Positions 18,617 to 27,518 of a stretch of DNA of 32,000 nucleotides are shown here, in pieces. A program made the position numbers and the translations under genes. Origin of the DNA: an uncultured Opitutales bacterium (lineage in GTDB: Bacteria; Verrucomicrobiota; Verrucomicrobiia; Opitutales; Intestinicryptomonadaceae); contig CAKUIA010000017.1 of assembly GCA_934660865.1 (NCBI GenBank), positions 30,001 through 62,000 of the forward strand. Direction: 5' to 3'. The notes under the pieces are model-generated. The model ran no database searches. It was not told the DNA's origin and saw nothing but the letters and a program-made list of their open reading frames with translations. Position 1 is the stretch's first letter. Each line of letters begins with the position of its first letter.

Positions 18617-19552
18617 ATGAACAGACGAAACTTCGTAAAAACGGCGGTTTTGGGGGCATCTGTGTTCGGTGCCGCAAAAACTTTTGCCGACGACAAACCC
18701 AACGCAAAAAAATTCAACGTTAAATTCGCCCCACACTTCGGGCAGTTCGACGCAAGCGCGGGCAAAGACCCAGTAGACAAAATAAAGTTCTTTGCCGACT
18801 GCGGCTTTACCGCTTTTGAAGACAACGGAATGATGAAACGCCCCGTTGCCGTGCAGGAAGCCATTACAAAGGAAAGGGAACGCCTCGGAATGGATATGGG
18901 CATATTTTTGGCGTATGCAAACTTTAAAAGCCCGCTGATGATTTCGAACAGGTTTGAATTGAAAGACCGCAACGAAGACAAAAAAGGCGTAAGGGAATTT
19001 CTTAAAAAGCAAATGCAAGACGCCGTAGAGTGTTCCAAGCGCGTACACACAAAGCTTTGCACGGTAGTTCCCGGCTGTTTCGACGAGCGTTTAGACTATG
19101 GCTACCAGTTTGCAAACGTTATGGACAACCTTAAGTTTTGCTCGGAAATTTGCGAAAAGGCGGGTTTGGTTATGGTGCTGGAACCCCTTAACCCCAAAAA
19201 CCACCCCAATTTGTGGCTAAAAACCATAAACCAGGCATATGCCCTGTGCAAAGCGGTAAACAGCCCGTCTTGCAAAATTTTGTTCGATATCTACCACCAG
19301 CAGATAACCGAGGGCAATATCATTTACAATATAAAACAGGCCTGGAGCGAAATAGGCTACTACCAGATGGGTGAAGTTCCCGGCCGCAAAGAGCCCTGCG
19401 ACGGCGAAATAAACTACAAGAACATCTTTAAGGTGTTAAAGGAAAACGGCTATAACGGTGTTATAGGCATGGAACACGGCCAAAAAGCCAATACAAAGGA
19501 AGGCGACCAACACCTTATAGACAGCTACAAAGCCATAGATTTAGACGCCTAG
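18617..19552 (+). CDS. Tat-exported xylose-isomerase-like TIM-barrel protein (hydroxypyruvate isomerase/sugar-phosphate isomerase-epimerase family)
   Basis: 311 aa. 'MNRRNFVKTAVLGASVFGAAKTFA' is a twin-arginine signal. 'VLEPLNP', 'ILFDIYH' and 'GYNGVIGMEHG' resemble the AP-endonuclease-2/Hyi TIM-barrel metal-ligand blocks. Confidence 0.7.
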   Translation: MNRRNFVKTAVLGASVFGAAKTFADDKPNAKKFNVKFAPHFGQFDASAGKDPVDKIKFFADCGFTAFEDNGMMKRPVAVQEAITKERERLGMDMGIFLAYANFKSPLMISNRFELKDRNEDKKGVREFLKKQMQDAVECSKRVHTKLCTVVPGCFDERLDYGYQFANVMDNLKFCSEICEKAGLVMVLEPLNPKNHPNLWLKTINQAYALCKAVNSPSCKILFDIYHQQITEGNIIYNIKQAWSEIGYYQMGEVPGRKEPCDGEINYKNIFKVLKENGYNGVIGMEHGQKANTKEGDQHLIDSYKAIDLDA

Positions 19553-19582
19553 TTTTCGGCAAAAATATATAGCTAAAATACA

Positions 19583-19612
19583 AAAAAGAGCTTTTAAAAA
19601 GGCTCTTTTTTT
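19583..19612 (+). terminator. Probable rho-independent terminator
   Basis: AAAAGAGC-ttttaaaaag-GCTCTTTTTTT lies ~30 nt after the stop at 19552. Confidence 0.45.
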
Positions 19613-19628
19613 GTAAGTATCGCCCGCA

Positions 19629-20429
19629 ATGAAAATAATGTGCGCACAAATAGACGTAAAACAGGCCGCCTTTGCCGAAAATCTGCAAAGGGCAAACGAA
19701 TGTTGCGCAAGCGCACACGCAAACAACTGCGATTTGGTTGTTCTGCCCGAAATGTTTACGGGCGGTTTTAACTATGCAAAAAACAGGGCGTTTTTGCGCG
19801 AAAATGCGGATTTTTTTAAAAAGAGCCTGGGCGAAATCGCAAAAAACAATTCCGTTGCCGTTTGCGGCTCTATGCCCGCATTGGCAAACGGCGATTGCGT
19901 AAAAAACAGGCTGCATTTTTTCGACAAAACGGGCTTTGAACTTTGCGCCTACGACAAAATGCACCTGTTTAGCCCCTTTCACGAAGACAAATACATAAGC
20001 AGGGGAACTGCCCCCGTTATTTTAAACGGTTTTTGCGGCTTTAACATAGGGCTTGCAGTTTGCTACGATTTGCGCTTTCCAGAACTTTTCAGGCAAATGG
20101 CGTTTGCGGGGGCAAATATGTTTATTGTTGTAGCCGCCTGGCCGCACCCGAGGCTTGGGCATTTTACTACATTGTGCAGGGCGCGCGCCATAGAAAACCA
20201 GGCATATATGGTTGCGGTAAACCAGTCGGGCACCGAGAATTTCGGCTCTAAAAGCGCAAAATATTTCGGGCTAAGCCAAATTATAGACCCGTGGGGCGAA
20301 GTTCTCGCCTGCGCAAAACAGGACGCACCCGACAATGTTTGCGCCGAAGTTTTCCCCGAAACGGCAACCGAAGTGCGCGAAAAAATACCCGCCTTTAAAG
20401 ACGCATATTTCTACAAAAATTGTAGATAA
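19629..20429 (+). CDS. Carbon-nitrogen hydrolase (nitrilase superfamily, omega-amidase-like)
   Basis: 266 aa. E-K-C triad contexts are 'LVVLPEMF', 'YDKMHLF' and 'IGLAVCYDLRFPELF'. Confidence 0.85.
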   Translation: MKIMCAQIDVKQAAFAENLQRANECCASAHANNCDLVVLPEMFTGGFNYAKNRAFLRENADFFKKSLGEIAKNNSVAVCGSMPALANGDCVKNRLHFFDKTGFELCAYDKMHLFSPFHEDKYISRGTAPVILNGFCGFNIGLAVCYDLRFPELFRQMAFAGANMFIVVAAWPHPRLGHFTTLCRARAIENQAYMVAVNQSGTENFGSKSAKYFGLSQIIDPWGEVLACAKQDAPDNVCAEVFPETATEVREKIPAFKDAYFYKNCR

Positions 20430-20487
20430 AGACGGCGCATATTGTCGAATTGCATAAAGGCTGCATTGCAGCGCAAATTCCGCATTT

Positions 20488-20976
20488 CTATTCTTTTGCG
20501 GAGGCTTTTTCGGGCAAAATAACCTTCGCTTTTGCCGAAAATTCCACATAGCCGCATACATGCGAATTGCCCGAAATTTCGCTTGTTGTTTTTGTGTCGT
20601 ACAAATTGCTGTAGTACTGCGTGCTTTGCGTTGCGTTTTCGGCGTTTTCGTTGGCGCAGGCCGAGCTTGCATAAAACATTGCAATGCTTGTAAGCATAAG
20701 CGAAAACACGGCGGCCCACTCCAGCGCAACCTGCTTTGGGTTTTCCTTTTTTGCCTTTTCGGGCAAAACCCCCTCTACAGGCAGCGGCGCAAACTTTGGT
20801 TTTTTTCCGTATATTTTGCACGACGCCATATATATTCGGCAATTTTCGTAAAATATGTTGGCAAATTCGGGGTTTTCCCTTATCGCCGACACCAAAAGGC
20901 GAAGCTCCTCGCAGGTAGCTTCGCCGTCTAGGTAAGAGCTTACAATCTCCTGAAACCTGTTTTTAGAAAGCGCCAT
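20488..20976 (-). CDS. Single-pass anti-sigma factor (cognate to the upstream ECF sigma)
   Basis: 162 aa, starting 2 nt after the sigma gene stop. The N-terminus 'IVSSYLDGEATCEELRLLVSAIRENPEF' looks like an anti-sigma N-domain. One TM helix (VALEWAAVFSLMLTSIAMFYA) is followed by a short extracytoplasmic tail. Confidence 0.55.
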   Translation of the reverse strand: MALSKNRFQEIVSSYLDGEATCEELRLLVSAIRENPEFANIFYENCRIYMASCKIYGKKPKFAPLPVEGVLPEKAKKENPKQVALEWAAVFSLMLTSIAMFYASSACANENAENATQSTQYYSNLYDTKTTSEISGNSHVCGYVEFSAKAKVILPEKASAKE

Positions 20977-20978
20977 TC

Positions 20979-21557
20979 CTATTTTTCGGCGTTAAGCTTT
21001 TCCCTTAAAAAGTCTCTTGCGCGCGACAATCTGCTTTTTACGGTGCCAACCCCTATGTTCAGTTTTTCGGCAATCTCTTCGTACGAAAGGTCGTCTTCGT
21101 TCCTAAGTTTTAAAACCTGGGCGTAAATTTCGGGCATTTGCGCCATTGCCCTGGGCAAAAACTCTTCAAGCTCGTTGGTAATGTTGGCCTCGCTGGGAGT
21201 TTGCATTTCGCATTTAATAACATCGCCAAAGGTTATGCTTGCGCCATCGTCGCCCAAAACGGGCTCTTCAAACGAAACGCTTGCGTGCCTTTTTCTGCGC
21301 CACCAATACCAGCTTTTATTTTTGGCCAAATTAGTGGCAATGCGGTACAGCCAGGTAGACAAAGCGCAGTCGCCCCTAAAATTCGAGATTGAATTTCGGG
21401 CTTTAATAAAGGTGTCTTGGGCAACTTCCTCGGCGTCCTGCCTGTTGTTTAGTATTTTGTTTGCCTGATTTAACACCATAGCGTAGTTGTCCGAAACAAG
21501 CTTTCCGAAAGCCTTTTCGTCTCCGCAACGCAATTTAGTAAGTACTGTATCTTCCAT
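20979..21557 (-). CDS. ECF-type RNA polymerase sigma-70 family factor
   Basis: 192 aa. Region 2 reads 'DAEEVAQDTFIKA...STWLYRIATNLAKN'. The region 4 HTH reads 'LSYEEIAEKLNIGVGTVKSRLSRAR'. Confidence 0.85.
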   Translation of the reverse strand: MEDTVLTKLRCGDEKAFGKLVSDNYAMVLNQANKILNNRQDAEEVAQDTFIKARNSISNFRGDCALSTWLYRIATNLAKNKSWYWWRRKRHASVSFEEPVLGDDGASITFGDVIKCEMQTPSEANITNELEEFLPRAMAQMPEIYAQVLKLRNEDDLSYEEIAEKLNIGVGTVKSRLSRARDFLREKLNAEK

Positions 21558-21713
21558 ATATCTTTGTTATGCGGTTATCATAGCACTTAAGCTGACAACC
21601 CGTCAATAGTTTTTGGACAATTTATTTTCGTATTTGTTCGAAATAATTTGCGTTTTCTATTGTAATTAATCTCTCAAATAGTTTAAATTGCTTCGAAATA
21701 TATCGCATGTAGT
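21558..21713. promoter_or_regulatory. Divergent promoter region between the ECF sigma gene and the GTPase operon
   Basis: 156-nt AT-rich intergenic spacer between divergently oriented start codons. I could not assign specific -35/-10 boxes by eye. Confidence 0.4.
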
Positions 21714-23453
21714 ATGAAATTTTTTGGAAACTCAAAGAAATCAATCGGAAGAAAAGCCGTTTTGTTAAACTGCATAAACGGGCAAATTTCGCAGGCGGAC
21801 GAATTTCCCGCAAAAATAGGCGATTCGGAAAATTGCGCGCTAAAGGCAAACGAAGTGTTCGAAGCCCTGGAGCTTTCCTGCGGGCAATCGGAGGGCTTTA
21901 CATTAGGCAGGTGCTCCGACGACAGCGTTCTTATAAATTCAAAAGTTCCCGAAACCGAAACGGTTGTGGAAAACGGCGAATGTACAATACAGTTTTCAAA
22001 CGGCCTGTATATGCTATTTTGCGGCGAAAACGCCCTTAAAAAAGCGCAAAACATAGATTTGTCGCGCTGGTTTTTGTTCGACGCAATAAACGGCCGAATA
22101 GAAGACGAAGTTCCCTTTGTTTCGCTTAAAAACTCGGTTGTAAAGCGCGGGCTAACGGGCGCAGGCTTGGCCATAGCCCCCAAGGGGGCCGATTTGGGCT
22201 TTTTCTATTCGCAGGTATTTAACGAAGGCAGCGCCGATGTAGCTTTAGACGTTGCCCCCGTTTCGTACAACTCGCATGCGATAACCTGCCCCATGTGCTA
22301 TTTAAGCTTCGACATAGGCGACGCGCTAAGCATAGCCTCGCACGAAAGCCTTAGGGGCGACACCGTTTTAGGCCCCGACGAAATGCTTAGGTTTTTACCC
22401 GTTTCGTTCAACGAGCACGGCATTGCCCTAGACCCTATGGGGCTGCCCGCCCCCGACATTGCGTGTCCGCACTGCCGCAAAAAACTGCCGTCGGGCTTTT
22501 TGGATTTAGACGCAAAAATATTTTCGATTGTAGGCGCGCCAAGTTCGGGCAAGTCGTATTATTTAAGCGTGCTTATTAAAGAGCTTAAAGACGTTTTGGC
22601 CCAGCGTTTCGGCGTAAGCTTTAAAGACCTAGACCCTAGCGGCAATATGATGCTTACATTGATGAAAAACAAGCTCTTTTCGGCCACAACAAGCACCGAC
22701 GCAATACTGGCAAAGACTGCTTTTGAAGGCGCAATGTACGAAAAATACCCGCGCTTCGGCAAAATGGTGGCTTTGCCAAAACCGCTAACCTACTCTATTT
22801 CAAACGAAAAGATTTCCGACAAAGCCCTTGTGTTCTACGACAATGCAGGCGAGCATTTCGAGCCCGGCATAGATTTGGAGGACTCGCCGGGGGCAATGCA
22901 CGTTGCAAGCAGCGCCGCAATATTCTTTCTTTTCGACCCGGCCTCGAACAGGGGCTTTAAGGAAAAGCTGCGCGACCACCCCGACCCACAGCTTAAAATC
23001 AAGGGCCGCGTAGACCAGCAAGACACCATTATGTCGGAAATGGAAGTTCGCATTAAGCGAATTTCGGGAATGGAATCGGCCGCAAAAATAAAGAAGCCGC
23101 TTGCCGTTATAATAAACAAATTCGACATTTACAAAGACCTTTTAGACGGGCCTTTGCAAGACTACTATAAAGACGGTGCGCTGGACCTTTCGGCGGTAAA
23201 AAACAACAGCGATAAGATAAGAAAATTTATGATGGCAACCGAGCCTTCAATAGTGTCTACCGCCGAGTCGCTTTCCGAAAACACAATGTTCTTTGCCGTA
23301 AGCCCGCTTGGGCATACCCCCATAAAGATAGAAAGCGGCGAATGCGCGGGCATGATTGCCCCCGACATAGAAAAGCTAAACCCGATGTATGTGGAAGTTC
23401 CCACAATTTGGGCGATAAGCCAAACAATAGACGGGCTAATTAAAACCGTATAG
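21714..23453 (+). CDS. Multidomain TRAFAC-type P-loop GTPase with an N-terminal beta-rich module, a GYF-like segment and a split CPxC...CPxC zinc ribbon
   Basis: 579 aa. G1 is 'GAPSSGKS' (nt 22533-22556), G3 is 'FYDNAGE' (DxxG, nt 22839-22853) and G4 is 'IINKFD' (NKxD, nt 23115-23126). 'CPMC' (nt 22287-22298) and 'CPHC' (nt 22464-22475) lie ~55 aa apart, directly upstream of G1. Confidence 0.75.
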   Translation: MKFFGNSKKSIGRKAVLLNCINGQISQADEFPAKIGDSENCALKANEVFEALELSCGQSEGFTLGRCSDDSVLINSKVPETETVVENGECTIQFSNGLYMLFCGENALKKAQNIDLSRWFLFDAINGRIEDEVPFVSLKNSVVKRGLTGAGLAIAPKGADLGFFYSQVFNEGSADVALDVAPVSYNSHAITCPMCYLSFDIGDALSIASHESLRGDTVLGPDEMLRFLPVSFNEHGIALDPMGLPAPDIACPHCRKKLPSGFLDLDAKIFSIVGAPSSGKSYYLSVLIKELKDVLAQRFGVSFKDLDPSGNMMLTLMKNKLFSATTSTDAILAKTAFEGAMYEKYPRFGKMVALPKPLTYSISNEKISDKALVFYDNAGEHFEPGIDLEDSPGAMHVASSAAIFFLFDPASNRGFKEKLRDHPDPQLKIKGRVDQQDTIMSEMEVRIKRISGMESAAKIKKPLAVIINKFDIYKDLLDGPLQDYYKDGALDLSAVKNNSDKIRKFMMATEPSIVSTAESLSENTMFFAVSPLGHTPIKIESGECAGMIAPDIEKLNPMYVEVPTIWAISQTIDGLIKTV

Positions 23454-23462
23454 GGCAAAACA

Positions 23463-24767
23463 ATGGCATACGAATTGATTTACACAAGTTTGCCCTCGGG
23501 CATTATGGCGGGTCGCTCGGGCTTTTGCGTTGCAGCCTACACCGAAAATATGCCCGAAAGGCTGGTTTTAATGGTCGAAAAATTCAGCAATTTCGACCAT
23601 TGCGGCATTTCCGAAAAATATTCGCTAAACAAGCTTTGCCATTCCAATATAGACTATTATGTGCTAACGCGTTCGGCCGATTGCGGCAAAGACTATACGG
23701 GGCGCACAAACTTCATTTCGCACCATTTGGTTTTGTCGGCAAACGAAATCGCAAAATATCCGAACCCAGCCGACATTCTTTTGCACTACAACTGGCTAAA
23801 TTCCTACACAAAAGCCCCGCAAAAAATAAAGGAGCCGCCCGATTTGTCGAAAATACCGTTCGAAAAGCACGTTCCCTGCAAAACTTGGGGCGAAATTTTT
23901 AAAGACGCAGGCGTTGCGGCTTTCCCCCGCATAAAGGACGATTGCGAAATATACGCTTCAAAGCAGTTCTCCCAAAAAACCATACTAAAGCTTTTTGCCG
24001 AATCTTTGGCGCTAACGGTAAACGGCAAATCGGCGTGGAGCTACACGTTTACAACGGCTTTGGGCTCAAGCGAGGTTGCGTTGTCGTATAAATGGAAAGT
24101 TTTCGCTAACCGTTCAAAAGATTCGAGAAACCCGAACGCCATAGATTTGGATTTGCAAAAAGCCCCCTCTTTTGCCGAATGCAGGCTAAGCGAATATGCA
24201 AGAAGCGGCGTTTTAACCAAAGCCGAAGCCCTGTCGCTTACCGCCGCAAAACCGAAAAAAGCCAACACCAAATTTACGGTTGTAAACACAAAGCCCGAAC
24301 GCACATTCCAGCCTATATATGTATATTCGGTTGTAATCGCCATATTGTGCTCGCTAATTGTTGTTTTGGCCTTTTCGCTGCTGGGCGGCAACAATGCCGA
24401 CGAATACGAAGACTACCCCGAATACGGCGGCGAATCTTTTGCGCAAATAGCAAAAAGGATAGACAACGCCATTGCCCGCAACGACTATTCTTCGGCCTCG
24501 GCAATTTGGTTCGGCTACGAAAACAGGGAAATCAGAAAAGACTACATATCCTTTGTAAATTCGAAAATAAGAAACTCGATAGCCGAAAACTTGCGGGATT
24601 TTGAAAACGCGCTAAATAGTTCCGACACTATAAGCCAAAAACAGGTAGAGAAAATGACAAAAGCGTGCTCAAACGCCGAAAAATACCTCGAAAAGAGCGA
24701 CTTTCCCGACAAAAAATCGCTTTTAAAACGCACAAAACGCCTGCTAGAGCAACTTTCGAAAGAATAA
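23463..24767 (+). CDS. Bitopic membrane protein with a GAP1-like (GTPase-associated protein 1-like) N-terminal domain
   Basis: 434 aa, starting 9 nt after the GTPase stop. 'MAYELIYTSLPSGIMAGRSGFCVAAYTENMP' resembles the YTS...G...GF-x-x-A-x-(S/T) N-terminal signature I remember for GAP1-N domains. One TM helix spans aa ~285-308 (nt ~24315-24386), with a basic flank before it and an acidic flank after it. The ~125-aa C-terminal tail is helical. Confidence 0.5.
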   Translation: MAYELIYTSLPSGIMAGRSGFCVAAYTENMPERLVLMVEKFSNFDHCGISEKYSLNKLCHSNIDYYVLTRSADCGKDYTGRTNFISHHLVLSANEIAKYPNPADILLHYNWLNSYTKAPQKIKEPPDLSKIPFEKHVPCKTWGEIFKDAGVAAFPRIKDDCEIYASKQFSQKTILKLFAESLALTVNGKSAWSYTFTTALGSSEVALSYKWKVFANRSKDSRNPNAIDLDLQKAPSFAECRLSEYARSGVLTKAEALSLTAAKPKKANTKFTVVNTKPERTFQPIYVYSVVIAILCSLIVVLAFSLLGGNNADEYEDYPEYGGESFAQIAKRIDNAIARNDYSSASAIWFGYENREIRKDYISFVNSKIRNSIAENLRDFENALNSSDTISQKQVEKMTKACSNAEKYLEKSDFPDKKSLLKRTKRLLEQLSKE

Positions 24768-24770
24768 TTT

Positions 24771-27518
24771 ATGAACTGCCAACTTTTAATAGTAAAAATA
24801 CAGTCGCTTTTAAACGGCAAAAGCATACCGAACGAAAGCGAAATAAAAAGCCTGTGCGACGAATACAACGCCGTGCGCAATATGTGCGCCGACAGGCTAC
24901 AGCGGTGCGTTGCCCTTATTCGCTCGAACAGGGACTATTTGGCCTTGCAGATTGCCGAAAGCGAACCGCCGGTTTTGGACACAATAAACCTGCTTGAATT
25001 TAAGGGCCTGCCCGAATGGCGCGCGCTGTGCGGCGAATACAACGCCGAATGTGCCCCCGATTTCGACGGATATTACATAGAGCTTTTGCAGTCGCTATAC
25101 ACAAAGGACATAGGTCAAAACCACCCTCTTTACAGAGACTACCGCAGGGCAATGCGCAGCCGCAACTACGACGACGCGCTTAAAATAATCAAGACAATTT
25201 CGCGCATAAATTCGAATAACAACGACATTAAAGCCGAATATGTGCGCCTGCTAAAAAGCCGGGTAAACGAAAAGCTGGCCGAAATAAAAACCGCCCTGCA
25301 AAACAACGACGCAGAGCGAGCCTTAAAGCTGTTCGCCTTTTTGGACGCAAACAGCTCGGAATTCGACACCGACAGCGACAGCTGGCGCGAAGTCTGCCAA
25401 AAAATCGGCGAGCTTAAACTTCAAAACGCAAAGGACGGCGCAAAAGACATTGTGCGCCGCCTAGGCGTGGTAGATGTGGAAAAAGACTACCGCGAGGCAA
25501 TCTCGCTTTTCAACGAATTAAAGCTGCTTGTGTCGGAATATCCCGACATAGTTTCGCAAGGCGATTTGGACAAAGCCGAAGCCCTGAAAAACAAAGCCTT
25601 TGTTTTGAAGGACGAACGCGAAAAAACGGAACTTTCCGCCAGGGCCAAAACGGCGGCGCTTTTGGCTTTCGAAAGCGATTCAAAAAAGGGCAAAACCCTT
25701 GCGCAAAGACTGGCAGACTTTACCGAATTGCAAAACAAATACGGCAAATATTTCGACGAAAATACGGCAAAAAAAGTTTCCCAAAAAGTTTCGTCTATAA
25801 AGCACGCCTTAAAGATAAAACGCCTTGCAAAGCTGGCGCTTGCGTGTTGTGCCCTTGCATTTTTGGCCGTTTGCGCCGCGCTTTGGCGCAATAACAGCGT
25901 AAAAAACGGGCGCGTAAATTCGGCAAAGTCCGAAATCTTAAAAATGCAAAATCTGCAAAGCATAGGCGAAATAAAAAATTCGCTTGCGTATTTCGGCAAA
26001 CAATATGCCGAATTTGCTCCTCAATTTGAAAGGGAAATTGCAAACGCCGAAAACACCCTGCAAATGCTCGAAAGCAGAAAGGCGAAGATAGAAAAATCGC
26101 TGGAAAGTTTGGGGAAAATTAAAGCCGACACCATAAATTCGAGCACTTTTAAGGCGGCTAACGCCGAATTTGCGGCTTTGGAAGAAAGCGCGCAAAAGCT
26201 TCCCCCGCTCGACGAAAGCGAAATCTCCGAAAAAATACAGGCCACAAAACGCCGCTTCGGCATTTTAATGGACACCGTAAAAAACTCTTTCGAAAGGGAA
26301 TTTTCGGCTGCGGCTAACGATGTAGAAAACTGCCTTTCGGCGGTTTCGAGCGACTACGGCAAAAGCTTCGAAAAATCGGTAGTCGAGTTGGGCGCGAAAG
26401 TAAAAACGCTAAAAGACATTGTTGAAAAATATTCTAGAATAGTGCCTTTGCACCCCCTAAACCAGACAAAATACAACGACTATATTTCGAAATATACCGC
26501 ATTTACCGTAAGGCTGCACGACATTAAAAACGCGGAAAACGCGATAAGCAACGCGCGTTCGCTGGACGAGTTTTATTCGGCCCTAACCCAGTTGTCGGCA
26601 ATAAACCCGCTGCCCGAGCGCTTTGCAAAAAACATAAAAATTGCCCAGTCGCAAAAAGAAAGCCTCCTTTACGGCGACTTGGCCGAAAAAATCGGAAAGA
26701 GCGCCTTTAAATGCGCAGGCAAAGAATTTTCCTTCGCCAAAATAGACCTCCTAAACGAATGGGAACAGCTATTCGACATATACGAATATGCCGATAAAGA
26801 CGGCAAAAAAGTGTATACAAGCAAAATCCTTAAGGAAAGAACCAACGAATGGCCCGGCGGCTACGAAATCATACAAACCGGGCGCCAGTTTTCGCGCGAC
26901 GGCTCGCTAAGGCACATATTGCGCCGCAAGCTTGTTTCGGGCGCGTACGTTAAGGTAAACGAGCTTCTTGCTGGCAAAACCCCCGCAAAGGAATCGCTAT
27001 TTTTGGCAAATTTGGCGCGCAAACGCCCCTCTTTGCCCGAAGCTTTAAACGCAATAGCAAATGCCGACATTAACGGTGCATTTAAAGCCTATCTCGAATA
27101 CTCGCTTTTTACCGCCCCGAATACCGACGACATTTCAAGCGGAACCGCATATTCCGAAAGCGCTATGGCGCGCAAACGCCTGGTACTCGAAAAAGCCGCC
27201 GACCTTGCTCCGCTTTCTTGGCTGTATGCCGACAAGGCCAAAGTAGACGACATTAACTTTGCCCTATATTCGCAAAAATCGCCCGACTACCTAAAGGAGG
27301 CAACCGAAACAAAAAACCTTGCAAAGACAATGCTCGAAAACCCGAAAATTTTTGTAGGCTATGCCGACGAGCTTTCGGTTGCGCATTTTTGCGGCGAAAA
27401 CAGCGGCACAATTTTCGGGATTTCGGCCGCAAACGGCAAAGTTGTTGTTATATACGAAAACGGCAAGCTGGTGGAAAAACCCGCAATATTTTCGCCCCTG
27501 CTAAAGGCGCATAAATGA
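24771..27518 (+). CDS. Large (915 aa) bitopic, predominantly alpha-helical protein of unknown function
   Basis: Starts 3 nt after the previous stop. It has a single TM helix (LAKLALACCALAFLAVCAALW, aa ~352-372, nt ~25824-25886). The composition is K/E/A/L-rich and coiled-coil-like on both sides of the TM. I see no catalytic motif. Confidence 0.6.
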   Translation: MNCQLLIVKIQSLLNGKSIPNESEIKSLCDEYNAVRNMCADRLQRCVALIRSNRDYLALQIAESEPPVLDTINLLEFKGLPEWRALCGEYNAECAPDFDGYYIELLQSLYTKDIGQNHPLYRDYRRAMRSRNYDDALKIIKTISRINSNNNDIKAEYVRLLKSRVNEKLAEIKTALQNNDAERALKLFAFLDANSSEFDTDSDSWREVCQKIGELKLQNAKDGAKDIVRRLGVVDVEKDYREAISLFNELKLLVSEYPDIVSQGDLDKAEALKNKAFVLKDEREKTELSARAKTAALLAFESDSKKGKTLAQRLADFTELQNKYGKYFDENTAKKVSQKVSSIKHALKIKRLAKLALACCALAFLAVCAALWRNNSVKNGRVNSAKSEILKMQNLQSIGEIKNSLAYFGKQYAEFAPQFEREIANAENTLQMLESRKAKIEKSLESLGKIKADTINSSTFKAANAEFAALEESAQKLPPLDESEISEKIQATKRRFGILMDTVKNSFEREFSAAANDVENCLSAVSSDYGKSFEKSVVELGAKVKTLKDIVEKYSRIVPLHPLNQTKYNDYISKYTAFTVRLHDIKNAENAISNARSLDEFYSALTQLSAINPLPERFAKNIKIAQSQKESLLYGDLAEKIGKSAFKCAGKEFSFAKIDLLNEWEQLFDIYEYADKDGKKVYTSKILKERTNEWPGGYEIIQTGRQFSRDGSLRHILRRKLVSGAYVKVNELLAGKTPAKESLFLANLARKRPSLPEALNAIANADINGAFKAYLEYSLFTAPNTDDISSGTAYSESAMARKRLVLEKAADLAPLSWLYADKAKVDDINFALYSQKSPDYLKEATETKNLAKTMLENPKIFVGYADELSVAHFCGENSGTIFGISAANGKVVVIYENGKLVEKPAIFSPLLKAHK

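Noticed and set aside
21558-21713. An ECF-type promoter (GAAC-N16-17-CGT) in the divergent intergenic region, on either strand.
   Set aside because: There are only loose partial matches (for example GAAAAC.../...CGAA on the minus strand) with the wrong spacing. I could not support a specific site without a motif model or 5'-end data.
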